NCBI GenBank assembly: GCA_050253075.1
Contig: JBFWJS010000004.1
Location: 96,001-160,000 of the forward strand
DNA length: 64,000 bases
Direction: 5' to 3'
Source: Deferribacterales bacterium
GTDB taxonomy: Bacteria; Chrysiogenota; Deferribacteres; Deferribacterales; Geovibrionaceae
This document shows, piece by piece, positions 20,530-30,881 of this stretch. A program made the position numbers and the translations under genes. The notes below the pieces were generated by a model that saw nothing but the letters and a program-made list of their open reading frames with translations, did not search any database and was not told the origin of the DNA. Numbering within the stretch: position 1 is the first letter of the stretch; every line of letters starts with the position of its first letter.

Positions 20530-21699
20530 TTATTGTAAATATTTGCCTTTGATATAGTCTGCGGCCTTTTCCAGAGTATTCAGCTCGCCCGATGCCATCA
20601 TCGGCTTAACTTCTTTCAGAATCTCGCCCATCATCGGCCCCGGTGCAACGCCTATTTCCTGAAGGAGTGCTCCGTTCAGCCTTTCGGGCAGGTTAAAGTT
20701 TATGTAAGGAAGCTGGGACATGATCTTGAATTCCTTGTCCTCCACCTCTTCCTCTGCGACACCGTCGCATTTCGACTTTATCATATACAGCTTTACGCCG
20801 TCGTCAAGCTCGTCGGGATATTCATATATAAGTTTTCTTATGGCGATGTTGTTTTCCCTCGGCAGTATATTGCCCAGCTCTGATGCAAAATGCGCGATGC
20901 GTGCCGCTTTTTTCTTCATAGCATTGGGGAAATTCAGCCGTGAAGCCAGCTTTTCCTTCTCTTCCTTATCCAGACGGCAAAAGAGCGACGAAGCAAAGAA
21001 AACAAGCCCTCTGCCTGCGCATGAGGCCTCTTCGTCATAGCAGTCGCATGCTATACCGCCTGTCATAATGCGGAAAACACCGCTGTCTTCCATAGCTTTC
21101 AGAGCATCACATGCGTATCCGCCCTTAAACAGCTTGTCCACCTCTCCGTATATCCTCTCGGATGCGGTCTGTTCGAGGAGATGTCTCTCACGGAATATCT
21201 TATTCAGTGAGTCCTGATCTATTATAAAGCCGAGCTGAGACATAAACCTGAAAGCACGGAGTATGCGTATCGGGTCGTCTGAAAATGTCTCTTCGCCTAT
21301 GTGTCTGATTATCTTGTTGTCGAGGTCGCTTCTGTCGCCGTAGACGTTTCCGCCCGTATCCATGGCTAGGTTGTTTATGGTGAAGTCCCTCTTTGTAAGG
21401 TCATCGGCGAGCTTTTCGCCCCTTGGTTTAGAGATGTCTATCTCTGTCATGCCTCGGACGAGGCGTATATTATCTTTAAATTCCACCCACACGGAAGGCA
21501 CTGCCTCCTTCACCGCAGATGCGAAATCTTTATAATCGTGGGAGAAACATACGAGGTCTATATCCTGTATCTCTCGGCCGAGAAGGATATCACGGACGCA
21601 TCCGCCTACGAAATATGCGTCGAACCCGCCATCCAGAATAACCTTTTTCAGCTCTGAAAAGAACGGAATCTTCAAAAGATCATTATGCATGGCAAGCAT
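20530..21699 (-). CDS. Class II tRNA nucleotidyltransferase, probably CC-adding type
   Basis: VGGCVRD, DIDL, RDFTIN, DDPIRILRAFRF; very short segment before motif B. Confidence 0.85.
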   Translation of the reverse strand: MLAMHNDLLKIPFFSELKKVILDGGFDAYFVGGCVRDILLGREIQDIDLVCFSHDYKDFASAVKEAVPSVWVEFKDNIRLVRGMTEIDISKPRGEKLADDLTKRDFTINNLAMDTGGNVYGDRSDLDNKIIRHIGEETFSDDPIRILRAFRFMSQLGFIIDQDSLNKIFRERHLLEQTASERIYGEVDKLFKGGYACDALKAMEDSGVFRIMTGGIACDCYDEEASCAGRGLVFFASSLFCRLDKEEKEKLASRLNFPNAMKKKAARIAHFASELGNILPRENNIAIRKLIYEYPDELDDGVKLYMIKSKCDGVAEEEVEDKEFKIMSQLPYINFNLPERLNGALLQEIGVAPGPMMGEILKEVKPMMASGELNTLEKAADYIKGKYLQ

Positions 21700-21802
21700 T
21701 TCTCAGGCTCCGACGGCTCTTTTCATTGTTGACACCGTCTCCTATGCTAAAATAAAATATACACCTAGTACGCAAAACGTACCTCCACACTAAGGACATG
21801 AA

Positions 21803-22291
21803 ATGAACATACTTATAATATCAGATACACATACCGATTCAATAACAAAACTCCCAATGTCGGTAAGAGATGAGGCAGGCAAAGCTGATGCTATCATCCA
21901 CGCAGGAGATGTCGTCGGTTTTAAGGTCATACACGACCTTAAACATATTAACCCAAATGTCTACGCCGTGAAAGGGAATATGGACCCTGCACTTGGTGAA
22001 GATTACCTTCCGATAAAGCAAGTCATTGAGATAGAAGGAGTAAAGATAGGAATTTCCCACGGCGAAGGGAGCCCCCACGGGATAGAAAACAGACTGCTCT
22101 ATACATTCGAAGAGGACAATGTGGACATCATCATCTTCGGACATACGCACAAGCCCTTCTGGGGCGTTATCGGCGGCGTACACTTCCTGAACCCGGGAAG
22201 CCCGACGAATAAACGCACCGAGCAGTATCACACATACGCCGTGCTCACAGTCGAAGACGGCAAGTTCCACGCAGAGATAAAGAGGGTATGA
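21803..22291 (+). CDS. YfcE/MJ0936-family metallophosphoesterase
   Basis: SDTH, HAGD, GNMD, GHTH, NPGS. Confidence 0.92.
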   Translation: MNILIISDTHTDSITKLPMSVRDEAGKADAIIHAGDVVGFKVIHDLKHINPNVYAVKGNMDPALGEDYLPIKQVIEIEGVKIGISHGEGSPHGIENRLLYTFEEDNVDIIIFGHTHKPFWGVIGGVHFLNPGSPTNKRTEQYHTYAVLTVEDGKFHAEIKRV

Positions 22292-23640
22292 TGAAAATAG
22301 CTATAATAGGTGCGGGCAGCGCAGGCATGACCGCCGCATATAACTTTCTGGATAAAGATATCGAAGTCGACATGTTTGAAAAAGGGAACGGGCTGGAGAC
22401 CAGAAACCGTAACGAAGTGATGGAAGGATTCGGCGGTGCGGGGGCATACTCCGACGGGAAGCTGACCCTCACCACGGAATACGGCGGATGGCTGACAGAC
22501 TATATGCCCGAATCCGAGCTGGAAGCACTGATAGACGAAGCGGACAAGATGTGGAAGGAGATCAGCGGTGTGCTCGATCTCTCCTCAGGCGGAGACTATG
22601 ACACCACAAAACAGCTCCAGTATGAGTGTTCGCAGAACAGGCTGAAGCTATACCCCGCAAAGATACGCCACCTCGGCACAGACAACTGCCTCCTCTTCAT
22701 CAAGCGGATATACGAGATGGTAAAAGGTGCGAAAAACATAAACCTGATATGTAATGCAGACGTCACCGACCTGATAGTCGAAAACGACGCAGTGAAAGGG
22801 ATAGAGGTAAACATAAACGGCGGTGTCGAAAAGAGATATTACGACAAAGTGATAGTCGGTGTCGGCAGAAGCGGGAACGCATGGATGCAGGACATGGTGC
22901 GTAAATACGGCATAAAGAACGACCTGAACCCCGTGGATATCGGCGTCAGAGTCGAGGTGCCCCGCTCTATCACGGATAAATACACCGACAACCTTTACGA
23001 ATTTAAAATAAAATATTTCACCAGCGAGTTCGAAGACGAGGTACGCACCTTCTGCGTGAACCCGGGCGGATTCATCTCCATCGAAAAGAATACGGGCGGA
23101 CTTCTCACCGTGAACGGACACAGCTATAAAAACCGCCACAGCGAAAACACAAACTTTGCCCTGCTGGTTTCCACAAAATTTACCGAGCCGTTCGACGAAC
23201 CGCTCAAATACGGCAGGTATATAGCAAACCTTTCAAACATGCTGGCAGGCGGAGACAACATCATCGTACAGAGATTCGGCGATCTGAAAAGGGGCAGACG
23301 CTCCACCGAAAGCCGCATCAGGAAAAATACCGTACAGCCCACGCTGGACGCACTGCCCGGCGATTTATCATTCGTGCTGCCGTACAGATATCTCTATAAC
23401 CTGATAGAAACTATCGAACAGCTGGACAAGGTTATGCCGGGGATGGCATATCCAGACACATTATTATACGGTGTGGAGGTAAAGTTTTACTCCGTGCGTA
23501 TAAAAGTGGATAAGCACATGAGATCCGAATCCCTCGAAAACCTGTACTGCACAGGGGACGGAGCAGGACTCACCCGAGGCATCATACAGGCGAGCGTCTC
23601 AGGGCTCATCGCAGCAAAGGATATTTTGGGAATAAATTAA
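22288..23640 (+). CDS. FAD-dependent oxidoreductase (COG2509-like)
   Basis: GAGSAG, GGAGAYSDGKL, GVRVE, RTFCVNPGG, GDGAG. Confidence 0.88.
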   Translation: MMKIAIIGAGSAGMTAAYNFLDKDIEVDMFEKGNGLETRNRNEVMEGFGGAGAYSDGKLTLTTEYGGWLTDYMPESELEALIDEADKMWKEISGVLDLSSGGDYDTTKQLQYECSQNRLKLYPAKIRHLGTDNCLLFIKRIYEMVKGAKNINLICNADVTDLIVENDAVKGIEVNINGGVEKRYYDKVIVGVGRSGNAWMQDMVRKYGIKNDLNPVDIGVRVEVPRSITDKYTDNLYEFKIKYFTSEFEDEVRTFCVNPGGFISIEKNTGGLLTVNGHSYKNRHSENTNFALLVSTKFTEPFDEPLKYGRYIANLSNMLAGGDNIIVQRFGDLKRGRRSTESRIRKNTVQPTLDALPGDLSFVLPYRYLYNLIETIEQLDKVMPGMAYPDTLLYGVEVKFYSVRIKVDKHMRSESLENLYCTGDGAGLTRGIIQASVSGLIAAKDILGIN

Positions 23641-23641
23641 A

Positions 23642-23667
23642 AAGGATACGGTTTTCGCCGTATCCTT
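23642..23667. terminator. Probable bidirectional terminator between convergent genes
   Basis: AAGGATACGG-TTTTCG-CCGTATCCTT. Confidence 0.75.
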
Positions 23668-23671
23668 CTCT

Positions 23672-24049
23672 TTAAAGCTGTGTGGATGCTTTTTCAACGT
23701 GGACTACAAGAGCGCCGCGTGACCAGACGAATTTTTCCTTCATGATATCGGCAAATCTGCCTTCGTTCTGAACTTCGGCTGTCCCTTTGAGGAAGCATCC
23801 TTTGCCCGCACTGTTTGCTCCCATCACTTGTCTGGTCCCGCATAAAAGCTCGATCTTGTTATTAACCGCCAGATTCTTGCTTGTCTTGACATATCCGCCC
23901 ACAGGGATGAGAATCGTGTCTTCCTCTATAAACTCAAGATAGTCGCACCATGTACCGACAACGTGTGCGCCCTCTTCCCCCTCTGTGGCTATGGCTATCC
24001 ATTCTGATTTGTTGATTATTTCCAGATGCTTTTCAGTTATTACAGACAT
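23672..24049 (-). CDS. FMN-binding split-barrel (pyridoxamine 5'-phosphate oxidase family) protein
   Basis: AIAT...AHVVGTW, KTSKNL pattern of small FMN-binding proteins. Confidence 0.8.
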   Translation of the reverse strand: MSVITEKHLEIINKSEWIAIATEGEEGAHVVGTWCDYLEFIEEDTILIPVGGYVKTSKNLAVNNKIELLCGTRQVMGANSAGKGCFLKGTAEVQNEGRFADIMKEKFVWSRGALVVHVEKASTQL

Positions 24050-24092
24050 TATATTCCTCCGACATGATTTATATCGGGAATATAGACCCTGT

Positions 24093-24977
24093 CTATTTTT
24101 CTTGATTGTATAAACGGGACATCTTTTTGTCGGAATGATATTCTTTCGGCGTGAGGTTCACGACGTCTTTGAACTCTTTGATAAAATGTGCCTGATCATA
24201 ATATTCACATTCATAACCCACTGTGGTCAATGACACTTCGTCCTTGTCCCGCATTAGCGATCTCGCCTTTGCTATGCGTGCTATTCTCAGATACTGCTTA
24301 GGGGTCAGCCCTGCTTCCTGCTTGAATTTCCTGCTGAACTGCCGTCTGGATAAAGCAAATTTTGATGCGATATCCTCTACGGATTCATTCCCGCCGCAGT
24401 CGTTGATGTGGTCTATCACTCTGAGTATCCAGGCTTTCTCCGCTGTGAGATGCTCTCGGAAAACATTCATGAGAAAGCTGTCGAGCAGCTTTGTCTTTTC
24501 ATCAAACCCGACGGCATTGAGTATTTCATCATACACCGTTGACAGCCCCTGAATAACGCTGTCATCCACAGCACCGATGCTGTTAATATTCTCTTTCAGA
24601 AAGTCGTCAAGGATGAGAGATGACACACCGGGGAAGAATCTTATGCCGACGGCATCGACCCTGTGCTTCAGCTTTAGGAGAACTGTCTGGTCGGTGACAC
24701 CCGTAAAGACTGTTTTCCCCTTTACGAGGCAGGTTTCTTCGCCTGAGTATATGATGAACGGAGTGCCAAAATTAAGGACAAAGCCTGAACCGCCGTCTGA
24801 GATTATCTTATTTATCATCGGCTCACGGAGCCTTTCATCAGTTTTTATAAACCAGTAGCACTGGATAAACCCCTTAAGCTGTTCGCACGGCTCAGTCATG
24901 ACAAACCCGATGGCATTAAGACCTTTATCCTGTTTCCTGATCACATCTGCACCTTTACTATATAGATATCTACGCAA
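24093..24977 (-). CDS. AraC-family regulator (start uncertain)
   Basis: LSRRQFSRKFKQEAGLTPKQY, YYDQAHFIKEFK. Confidence 0.9.
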   Translation of the reverse strand: MRRYLYSKGADVIRKQDKGLNAIGFVMTEPCEQLKGFIQCYWFIKTDERLREPMINKIISDGGSGFVLNFGTPFIIYSGEETCLVKGKTVFTGVTDQTVLLKLKHRVDAVGIRFFPGVSSLILDDFLKENINSIGAVDDSVIQGLSTVYDEILNAVGFDEKTKLLDSFLMNVFREHLTAEKAWILRVIDHINDCGGNESVEDIASKFALSRRQFSRKFKQEAGLTPKQYLRIARIAKARSLMRDKDEVSLTTVGYECEYYDQAHFIKEFKDVVNLTPKEYHSDKKMSRLYNQEK

Positions 24978-24989
24978 ATGCCGTAAATA

Positions 24990-25041
24990 AAAAACTCCCG
25001 TCGGCGGGTTTGCTGGCTAAAGCAAACACCCAACAGGAGTT
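24990..25041 (-). terminator. Long hairpin terminator
   Basis: Minus strand AACTCCTGTTGGGTGTTTGCT-TTAGCC-AGCAAACCCGCCGACGGGAGTT then T-run. Confidence 0.6.
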
Positions 25042-25069
25042 TATATACTTATTTAATTTTACGCCGATA

Positions 25070-25312
25070 TCAGAAGATAGCGTGCTTCACTATGCTTCCC
25101 AGCGAATCCGGTCCTTCTATCTTATATGACTGCTTTCCGTTCAGTACAACCATAGGAGGATTAATAGTGCCATAGCTCTCCGGTGCTGTCTCTTCGGAAA
25201 TATCGAGTAAGTAGATATCAGCCTTATCACCATATTTCTCTTTCATTTCGTCAGCTTTTCCCGGAGTCTCATTATCTACCGAACCGTCATAAAATATCTC
25301 TATTTTTAACAT
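25070..25312 (-). CDS. Small hypothetical protein, possible Cys-less thioredoxin-like fold
   Basis: AAGGAGG RBS; KIEIF...PMVVLNGK. Confidence 0.7.
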   Translation of the reverse strand: MLKIEIFYDGSVDNETPGKADEMKEKYGDKADIYLLDISEETAPESYGTINPPMVVLNGKQSYKIEGPDSLGSIVKHAIF

Positions 25313-25465
25313 AATGGACCTCCTTATAAAAAATATGCCGAAACATTGTCTTATACTACTATTATAGCACTCTTATAAATGTCTGCAACCTCACCCGATT
25401 TTTCAATGAATATACAAAACCTACAAAAAGGGTATAATATATAGTCTGAATAGACTGATGGCTGA

Positions 25466-25494
25466 TTGACTTGTGTTTTCGACTGTAGTATTTT
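25466..25494 (+). promoter_or_regulatory. Putative sigma70 promoter
   Basis: TTGACT-17bp-TATTTT. Confidence 0.45.
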
Positions 25495-25538
25495 AAAAAT
25501 CTGCGTTCGAAAATTTATACCCTGAGAGGTTTTAAGCG

Positions 25539-26687
25539 ATGCTTAAGAAATATCTTATCGCACCCGGGCCCACACCTGTGCCTGAGAGGGTGCTTCTGGA
25601 GATGGCGAAACCTGTCATCCACCATAGAACCAGTGAATTTGAAGCGATTTTCGGCAAAGTGGCAGAGGGTCTCAAAGCTGTGTTTAACACAAAGCAGGAT
25701 GTCCTCATGCTCGCAGGCAGCGGTACAGCAGCCATGGAAGCAGCCGTCATCAACACTCTGAACCCGGGCGACAGCGTGCTCGTCGTCGATGCGGGTAAAT
25801 TCGGCCAGAGATGGCGGGACATTTGTAAAACATACGGTATAAACGTATCATCCATCGAGCTCGACTGGGGCAGATCCGTTAAGGCTGAAATGATAGAAGA
25901 ATTCCTCAGTGCAAACCCTGAGACAAAAGCTGTCCTCATGCAGGGGAGCGAAACATCCACAACAGCGTATCACCCTGTGGAGGATATCGCAAAAGTTGTT
26001 TCCAAAAGGGACAACTGCCTTTTCATCGTGGACGGCATCACATCCATCGGCGTACACGAGACAAAATTCGACGAGTGGGGCATAGACATAGCAGTGACAG
26101 GCTCACAAAAGGCCTTTATGCTGCCGCCCGGGCTCTCATTCATATGTCTCAGCGAAAAGGCGTGGAGATTCGCAGAGAGCTCCACAATACCCAAATACTA
26201 CCTTAATCTGAAAAAAGAGCTCAAATCCCAGAGCAAGAACACCACAGCATACACACCTGCCACCACCCTCATATCAGGGCTCGCAGAGGTGCTGAAAATG
26301 TTTATGGAAGAGGGACTTGAGAACGTATATAAACGTCACGCCGTAAATGCGGAAGCAACAAGAGCGGCCATCACGGCTATGGGCTTCGAGCTTCTTGCCG
26401 AGGTTCCTTCGAACGCTGCCACAGGCTTTTACCTGCCTGAGAGCATCGACGGAGGCAAGCTCGTGAAATTTATGCGTGAGAAAGTGGGCATAACATACGC
26501 CGGCGGTCAGGATCACCTGAAAGGCAGGATAGTGCGTGTCTCCCACCTCGGATACCACGACGCTTTCGACACCATCACAGCCATAAGCGGGCTTGAGATG
26601 GGACTGCGCAATATGGGATACGACCTCAAGCTCGGCACAGGCGTTGCCGCCGCAGAGGAAGTTCTGCAGAGCTACATAGGCGAATAA
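25539..26687 (+). CDS. Class V aminotransferase (alanine-glyoxylate/serine-pyruvate family)
   Basis: PGPTPVP, SETST, VDGITS, GSQKAFMLPPG, RVSHLG. Confidence 0.92.
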   Translation: MLKKYLIAPGPTPVPERVLLEMAKPVIHHRTSEFEAIFGKVAEGLKAVFNTKQDVLMLAGSGTAAMEAAVINTLNPGDSVLVVDAGKFGQRWRDICKTYGINVSSIELDWGRSVKAEMIEEFLSANPETKAVLMQGSETSTTAYHPVEDIAKVVSKRDNCLFIVDGITSIGVHETKFDEWGIDIAVTGSQKAFMLPPGLSFICLSEKAWRFAESSTIPKYYLNLKKELKSQSKNTTAYTPATTLISGLAEVLKMFMEEGLENVYKRHAVNAEATRAAITAMGFELLAEVPSNAATGFYLPESIDGGKLVKFMREKVGITYAGGQDHLKGRIVRVSHLGYHDAFDTITAISGLEMGLRNMGYDLKLGTGVAAAEEVLQSYIGE

Positions 26688-26699
26688 AATATCTTACAA

Positions 26700-26758
26700 G
26701 TCATTCTGAGCCAAAGCGAAGAATCTGTTTTCAGATCCTTCATTACATTCAGGATGAC
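26700..26758. repeat. Intergenic GTCATTCTGA...TCAGGATGAC repeat, complete copy
   Basis: GTCATTCTGAGCCAAAGCGAAGAATCTG-TTTT-CAGATCCTTCATTACATTCAGGATGAC. Confidence 0.75.
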
Positions 26759-26776
26759 GAATACGATGGAGAATAA

Positions 26777-27901
26777 ATGACTGGAAAGATGATGCCGAAT
26801 GCGGCGGGGAACATAGCTCCGGGCAGATCGGTAAAGATGAACAAGATCGAGCAGAGCATCAAAAACTCTGTTCTCGCATACGGATACATGGAGATATTCC
26901 TCCCTGTCTACGAATACTATGACATCCTGAAGGAGACCACGTTCAACTTCAAGGATGAGAACACCATCAGATTCATAGACAGAAACACAGGCAAATCTCT
27001 TGTGCTCCGCCCCGACTTCACACCTCAGGCGGCCAGATATTTTGCCAACTATATGGCAGACTTCCCGCTCCCTGCAAGGGTATGCTACAACGGGCGTGTG
27101 TTCAGAAACGTAAACCTGAACAAAGGGATAAAATCCGAACAGCTTCAGGTGGGTGCTGAGCTCTACGGCAACGACATGCTCGATGCCGACACAGAGCTGC
27201 TGCTCCTTGCGAAGCGTGCATTCGACACACTCGGCATCAAAGGCTGTAAATATGTCTTCGGACACAGCAAATTCACCAGCAGAGCACTCGAGCTCGCAGG
27301 GGAAAAGAAAGAGGCATACCACAAACTGCTCGACGCAAAGAACGTTGCCTCCATCAGACAGATGATAAAAGGCGACAGCGATGCGGAGAAATTTCTCCTC
27401 TTCCTTCCTATGGCTTTCGGCGGGATAGAGACCATCGAAAAGATCATAGACGCTTGTGCATTTGACGAAGAGATGTCTGAGCATATACAATATATTAAGG
27501 CACTCTTTAAAAATCTGATCAGCCTCGGCTTCGACAGAGAAGACCTTGTCTTCGACGCATCAGAATCCAGAGGGCTGGACTATTACACAGGTATCACATT
27601 TGACATCCTCCACGCTGAGGTCGGCGAAACGCTGGCAGGCGGAGGACGTTATGACAACCTCACGAAGAACTTCGGCCGTGATGTACCCGCATGCGGTGTC
27701 GTGTTCAACATTGAGGAGATATACAGAGTAGATAAATCCGACATAAAGCTGAAAGAAATAGACTGGCTTGTGGTCGGCAGAGAAAATTTCGCCAAGTGCG
27801 AGCATCTCCGCAGCGAGAACTTCACTGTTTTCTACGCAGGGGACGAGAAAGAAAAATCCGAGCTCGAGAAGAGCTATAGTTTCCGAAATATACTTTCATA
27901 G
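26777..27901 (+). CDS. hisZ: ATP phosphoribosyltransferase regulatory subunit
   Basis: LRPDFT, QVGAEL, YYTG, GGGRYD; hisZ-purA linkage. Confidence 0.9.
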   Translation: MTGKMMPNAAGNIAPGRSVKMNKIEQSIKNSVLAYGYMEIFLPVYEYYDILKETTFNFKDENTIRFIDRNTGKSLVLRPDFTPQAARYFANYMADFPLPARVCYNGRVFRNVNLNKGIKSEQLQVGAELYGNDMLDADTELLLLAKRAFDTLGIKGCKYVFGHSKFTSRALELAGEKKEAYHKLLDAKNVASIRQMIKGDSDAEKFLLFLPMAFGGIETIEKIIDACAFDEEMSEHIQYIKALFKNLISLGFDREDLVFDASESRGLDYYTGITFDILHAEVGETLAGGGRYDNLTKNFGRDVPACGVVFNIEEIYRVDKSDIKLKEIDWLVVGRENFAKCEHLRSENFTVFYAGDEKEKSELEKSYSFRNILS

Positions 27902-27913
27902 AGGTAAAAGCAA

Positions 27914-29203
27914 ATGAGCTGTACTGTTGTACTGGGCGCCCAATGGGGCGATGAAGGAAAAGGAAAGGTCGTAGACCTCAGCACTGTCGATGCAGACGTT
28001 ATCGTACGTACATCCGGCGGTCACAACGCAGGGCACACTGTAGTAGTAGGGGATACAAAATATATCCTCCACCTTATCCCTTCCGGTATCATCCACAAAG
28101 GAAAAATAAATATCATCGGTAACGGCGTTGTCGTTGCTCCTGATGCCCTCATCGAAGAGATGGAAGGGCTGAAAAAGCAGGGAGTGGTCTTCGAGGAAGG
28201 CTGTTTCTACATCAGCAAACGCGCACACGTCATCATGCCTTACCATAAGACAATAGACGTACTCAGAGAAGAACTTAAAGGTAAAAAGAAGATCGGTACG
28301 ACAGGACGCGGTATCGGGCCTACATACGCTGATAAAGCTGCGAGAAGCGGTATCAGAATATGCGACCTCTACGAGCCTGAAGTTTTCCGTGAGAAGCTCG
28401 AAGCAAACGTGCGTGAAGTGAACTACCTTATGGAGCACCTTTACAAACACGACGCCATCGACGCAGAGAAAATATACGAGCAGTACATGCAGTACGCAGA
28501 GATCATAAAACCTTACGTAACAGAAACTGCGTTCCTTGTGAACAAACTGTACGACGAAGGTAAGAAAATTATGATGGAGGGCGCTCAGGGTGTTCTCCTC
28601 GACGTAGATTTCGGTACATTCCCTTACGTTACATCCAGCAACTCTTCCGCAGGCGGAGCTTGTACCGGTTCCGGTCTCTCCCCTAGAAAGATAGATAACG
28701 TTATGGGTGTTATGAAGGCTTATACAACACGTGTGGGCAGCGGTCCTTTCCCTACTGAGCTCCTCGGCCAGACAGGCGAACAGCTCCGTGAGGCAGGCGG
28801 CGAATACGGCGCCACAACAGGACGCCCCAGAAGATGCGGCTGGCTCGACCTTGTAGCCATGAAATTTGCCGTTGTCATCAACGGTATAAACCACATCGCC
28901 CTTACAAAGCTCGACGTACTCTCCGGCATGGAGAAGGTGAAAGTTTGTACAGGATACAAGTATAAAGGCAAGATACTCGATCAGTTCCCTGCTGAGATCA
29001 ATGCCCTTGAGGAGTGCGAACCGGTTTACACTGAACTCGACGGATGGAGCGAAGACATTACAGGTGCAAAATCTTATGAAGACCTCCCTGTAAATGCCAG
29101 AAAATACTGCCAGTATGTCAGCGATTTCCTCGGCGTAAACTACTGTCTGATAAGCATTGGTACTAAAAGAGACCAGACTATAAAATTAAATGAAATTTTT
29201 TGA
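27914..29203 (+). CDS. purA: Adenylosuccinate synthetase
   Basis: QWGDEGKGK, GIGPTY, TTGRPRRCGW. Confidence 0.97.
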   Translation: MSCTVVLGAQWGDEGKGKVVDLSTVDADVIVRTSGGHNAGHTVVVGDTKYILHLIPSGIIHKGKINIIGNGVVVAPDALIEEMEGLKKQGVVFEEGCFYISKRAHVIMPYHKTIDVLREELKGKKKIGTTGRGIGPTYADKAARSGIRICDLYEPEVFREKLEANVREVNYLMEHLYKHDAIDAEKIYEQYMQYAEIIKPYVTETAFLVNKLYDEGKKIMMEGAQGVLLDVDFGTFPYVTSSNSSAGGACTGSGLSPRKIDNVMGVMKAYTTRVGSGPFPTELLGQTGEQLREAGGEYGATTGRPRRCGWLDLVAMKFAVVINGINHIALTKLDVLSGMEKVKVCTGYKYKGKILDQFPAEINALEECEPVYTELDGWSEDITGAKSYEDLPVNARKYCQYVSDFLGVNYCLISIGTKRDQTIKLNEIF

Positions 29204-29213
29204 CAAAAACTTG

Positions 29214-29242
29214 TTGACATAGGCAAGTTGCTTTGATATAAC
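29214..29242 (+). promoter_or_regulatory. Sigma70 promoter of the tRNA cluster
   Basis: TTGACA-17bp-TATAAC with TG extension. Confidence 0.65.
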
Positions 29243-29284
29243 CTACATCTCGCTAGGGAAACAAGCTTTCCCAAAACGAGATAA

Positions 29285-29357
<73 letters not shown>

Positions 29358-29368
29358 CTTTTTTATCC

Positions 29369-29443
29369 GTCCCCATCGTCTAGCCTGGCCTAGGACATCG
29401 CCCTTTCGAGGCGACGACTGGGGTTCGAATCCCCATGGGGACG
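29369..29443 (+). tRNA. tRNA-Glu(TTC)
   Basis: GTCCCCA...TGGGGACG; loop CTTTCGA; no encoded CCA. Confidence 0.95.
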
Positions 29444-29594
29444 CTTTCTTTTCTTTAAAGGAAAGATTGCTTCACATGACAAGCATCAGGATGATGCTCA
29501 CGGAGCGAAAGCAAAGTGCAGCGAAGTACTGAACTTGTTCTGGACGGAGCGGGTATAAAAATTTCTACGACAGAAATTTTTATTACTACCAATC

Positions 29595-29667
29595 GGGTGG
29601 TTAGCTCAGCTGGGAGAGCATCGGCCTTACAAGCCGAGGGTCACAGGTTCGATCCCTGTACCACCCA
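29595..29667 (+). tRNA. tRNA-Val(TAC)
   Basis: GGGTGGT...ACCACCCA; loop CTTACAA; no encoded CCA. Confidence 0.95.
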
Positions 29668-29686
29668 TTTAAAAGATTTCTAACCT

Positions 29687-29760
<74 letters not shown>

Positions 29761-29765
29761 TTAAC

Positions 29766-29802
29766 AAAAAAGCCTGATACGAAAGTGTCAGGCTTTTTTT
29801 TT
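29766..29802 (+). terminator. Intrinsic terminator of the tRNA cluster
   Basis: AAAAAAGCCTGATAC-GAAA-GTGTCAGGCTTTTTT plus T-run. Confidence 0.85.
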
Positions 29803-29981
29803 GCGTTATAGATTCGCCCTAACCACAGTGCTCCTTTTCTCCACCTTCCCCAATTATGTATAAAATGTGAAAAATAACCATAGCTCATAACCGCATCTCC
29901 TTGACGGTCTGATAAACTGGGATATTCTTGTATAGTTATTATTATTTAAGTCTCATCCAAAGACTTTTCAGGAGAACCCTT

Positions 29982-30812
29982 ATGAAAAAGATCCTAGTCA
30001 TTCTCATGCTCACCCTATTGGTGTCGTCTGCGTATGCGGCATCTAATCCGTGGGATCAGAAGCTCCCTTTCAAAAACGCAACGATCAGCTATAAGCTGAA
30101 CGGCTCCTTCAAAGGAACAAGCACCCTGTACATTAAAGACCACGGCCAGACCAGAGCCGAATACGTCGATTCCGAGATGAAGATACTCGGCATATCAAAC
30201 AAGAGGAAAGAGATAACCATCACAACACCAGACTGGGTATATGTGTATAACGAAAAGGACGGTGTGATAAACAAGCAGACCAACCCTGTGAAGTATATGA
30301 AGGAAGAGTATGAAAAACTCTCTGCATCAGACAAAAAGAAGCTTGTGAAAAACATGGAAGAAACAGGAATATCCACCGTCGAAAGCCTGAACGGCACAGT
30401 CGAAAAAGGCGCAGCGGAGATAATGGGATATAAATGCGACAAGGTCACAATGGCTGGGATAACCACATACACCATGACAGGCACAGACATCGTGCTGAAG
30501 ACCGAAGGCGGTCTCATGGGAATGAAGGAAAACACTGAGGCCGTAAGCATAGACAAAGGCAAACCTGCAAATGATAAGTTTGAACTGCCGAGCGGTGTCG
30601 AGATAGTCTATTCCGCAGAAGCCGATGCCATATCAAAAGAGCATGCCAGATCAGCCGTGCAGATGCTACTTGAGAGTGAAGGCAAGCCCATGATGAGCAT
30701 AAGCAACAGCGAAGCACACGAACAGGCCGCTGAGGAAGACGGAGGATTCGACATGGACGAACAGAAAGAAAAGCTGAAAAGCATGATGAAGATGTTCGGC
30801 GGTCAGCAGTAA
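29982..30812 (+). CDS. Secreted hypothetical protein (DUF4412-like)
   Basis: AGGAG RBS; signal peptide MKKIL...SAYA; IMGYKC motif. Confidence 0.75.
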   Translation: MKKILVILMLTLLVSSAYAASNPWDQKLPFKNATISYKLNGSFKGTSTLYIKDHGQTRAEYVDSEMKILGISNKRKEITITTPDWVYVYNEKDGVINKQTNPVKYMKEEYEKLSASDKKKLVKNMEETGISTVESLNGTVEKGAAEIMGYKCDKVTMAGITTYTMTGTDIVLKTEGGLMGMKENTEAVSIDKGKPANDKFELPSGVEIVYSAEADAISKEHARSAVQMLLESEGKPMMSISNSEAHEQAAEEDGGFDMDEQKEKLKSMMKMFGGQQ

Positions 30813-30881
30813 ACATATCTGATAAAAAAATCCCCGATGCCTGCAAAGACACCGGGGATCTCATTTTATAGCGTATATCGC

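Noticed and set aside
25070..25312. Selenoprotein or redox-active thioredoxin
   Set aside because: No Cys and no internal in-frame TGA at the expected active-site position
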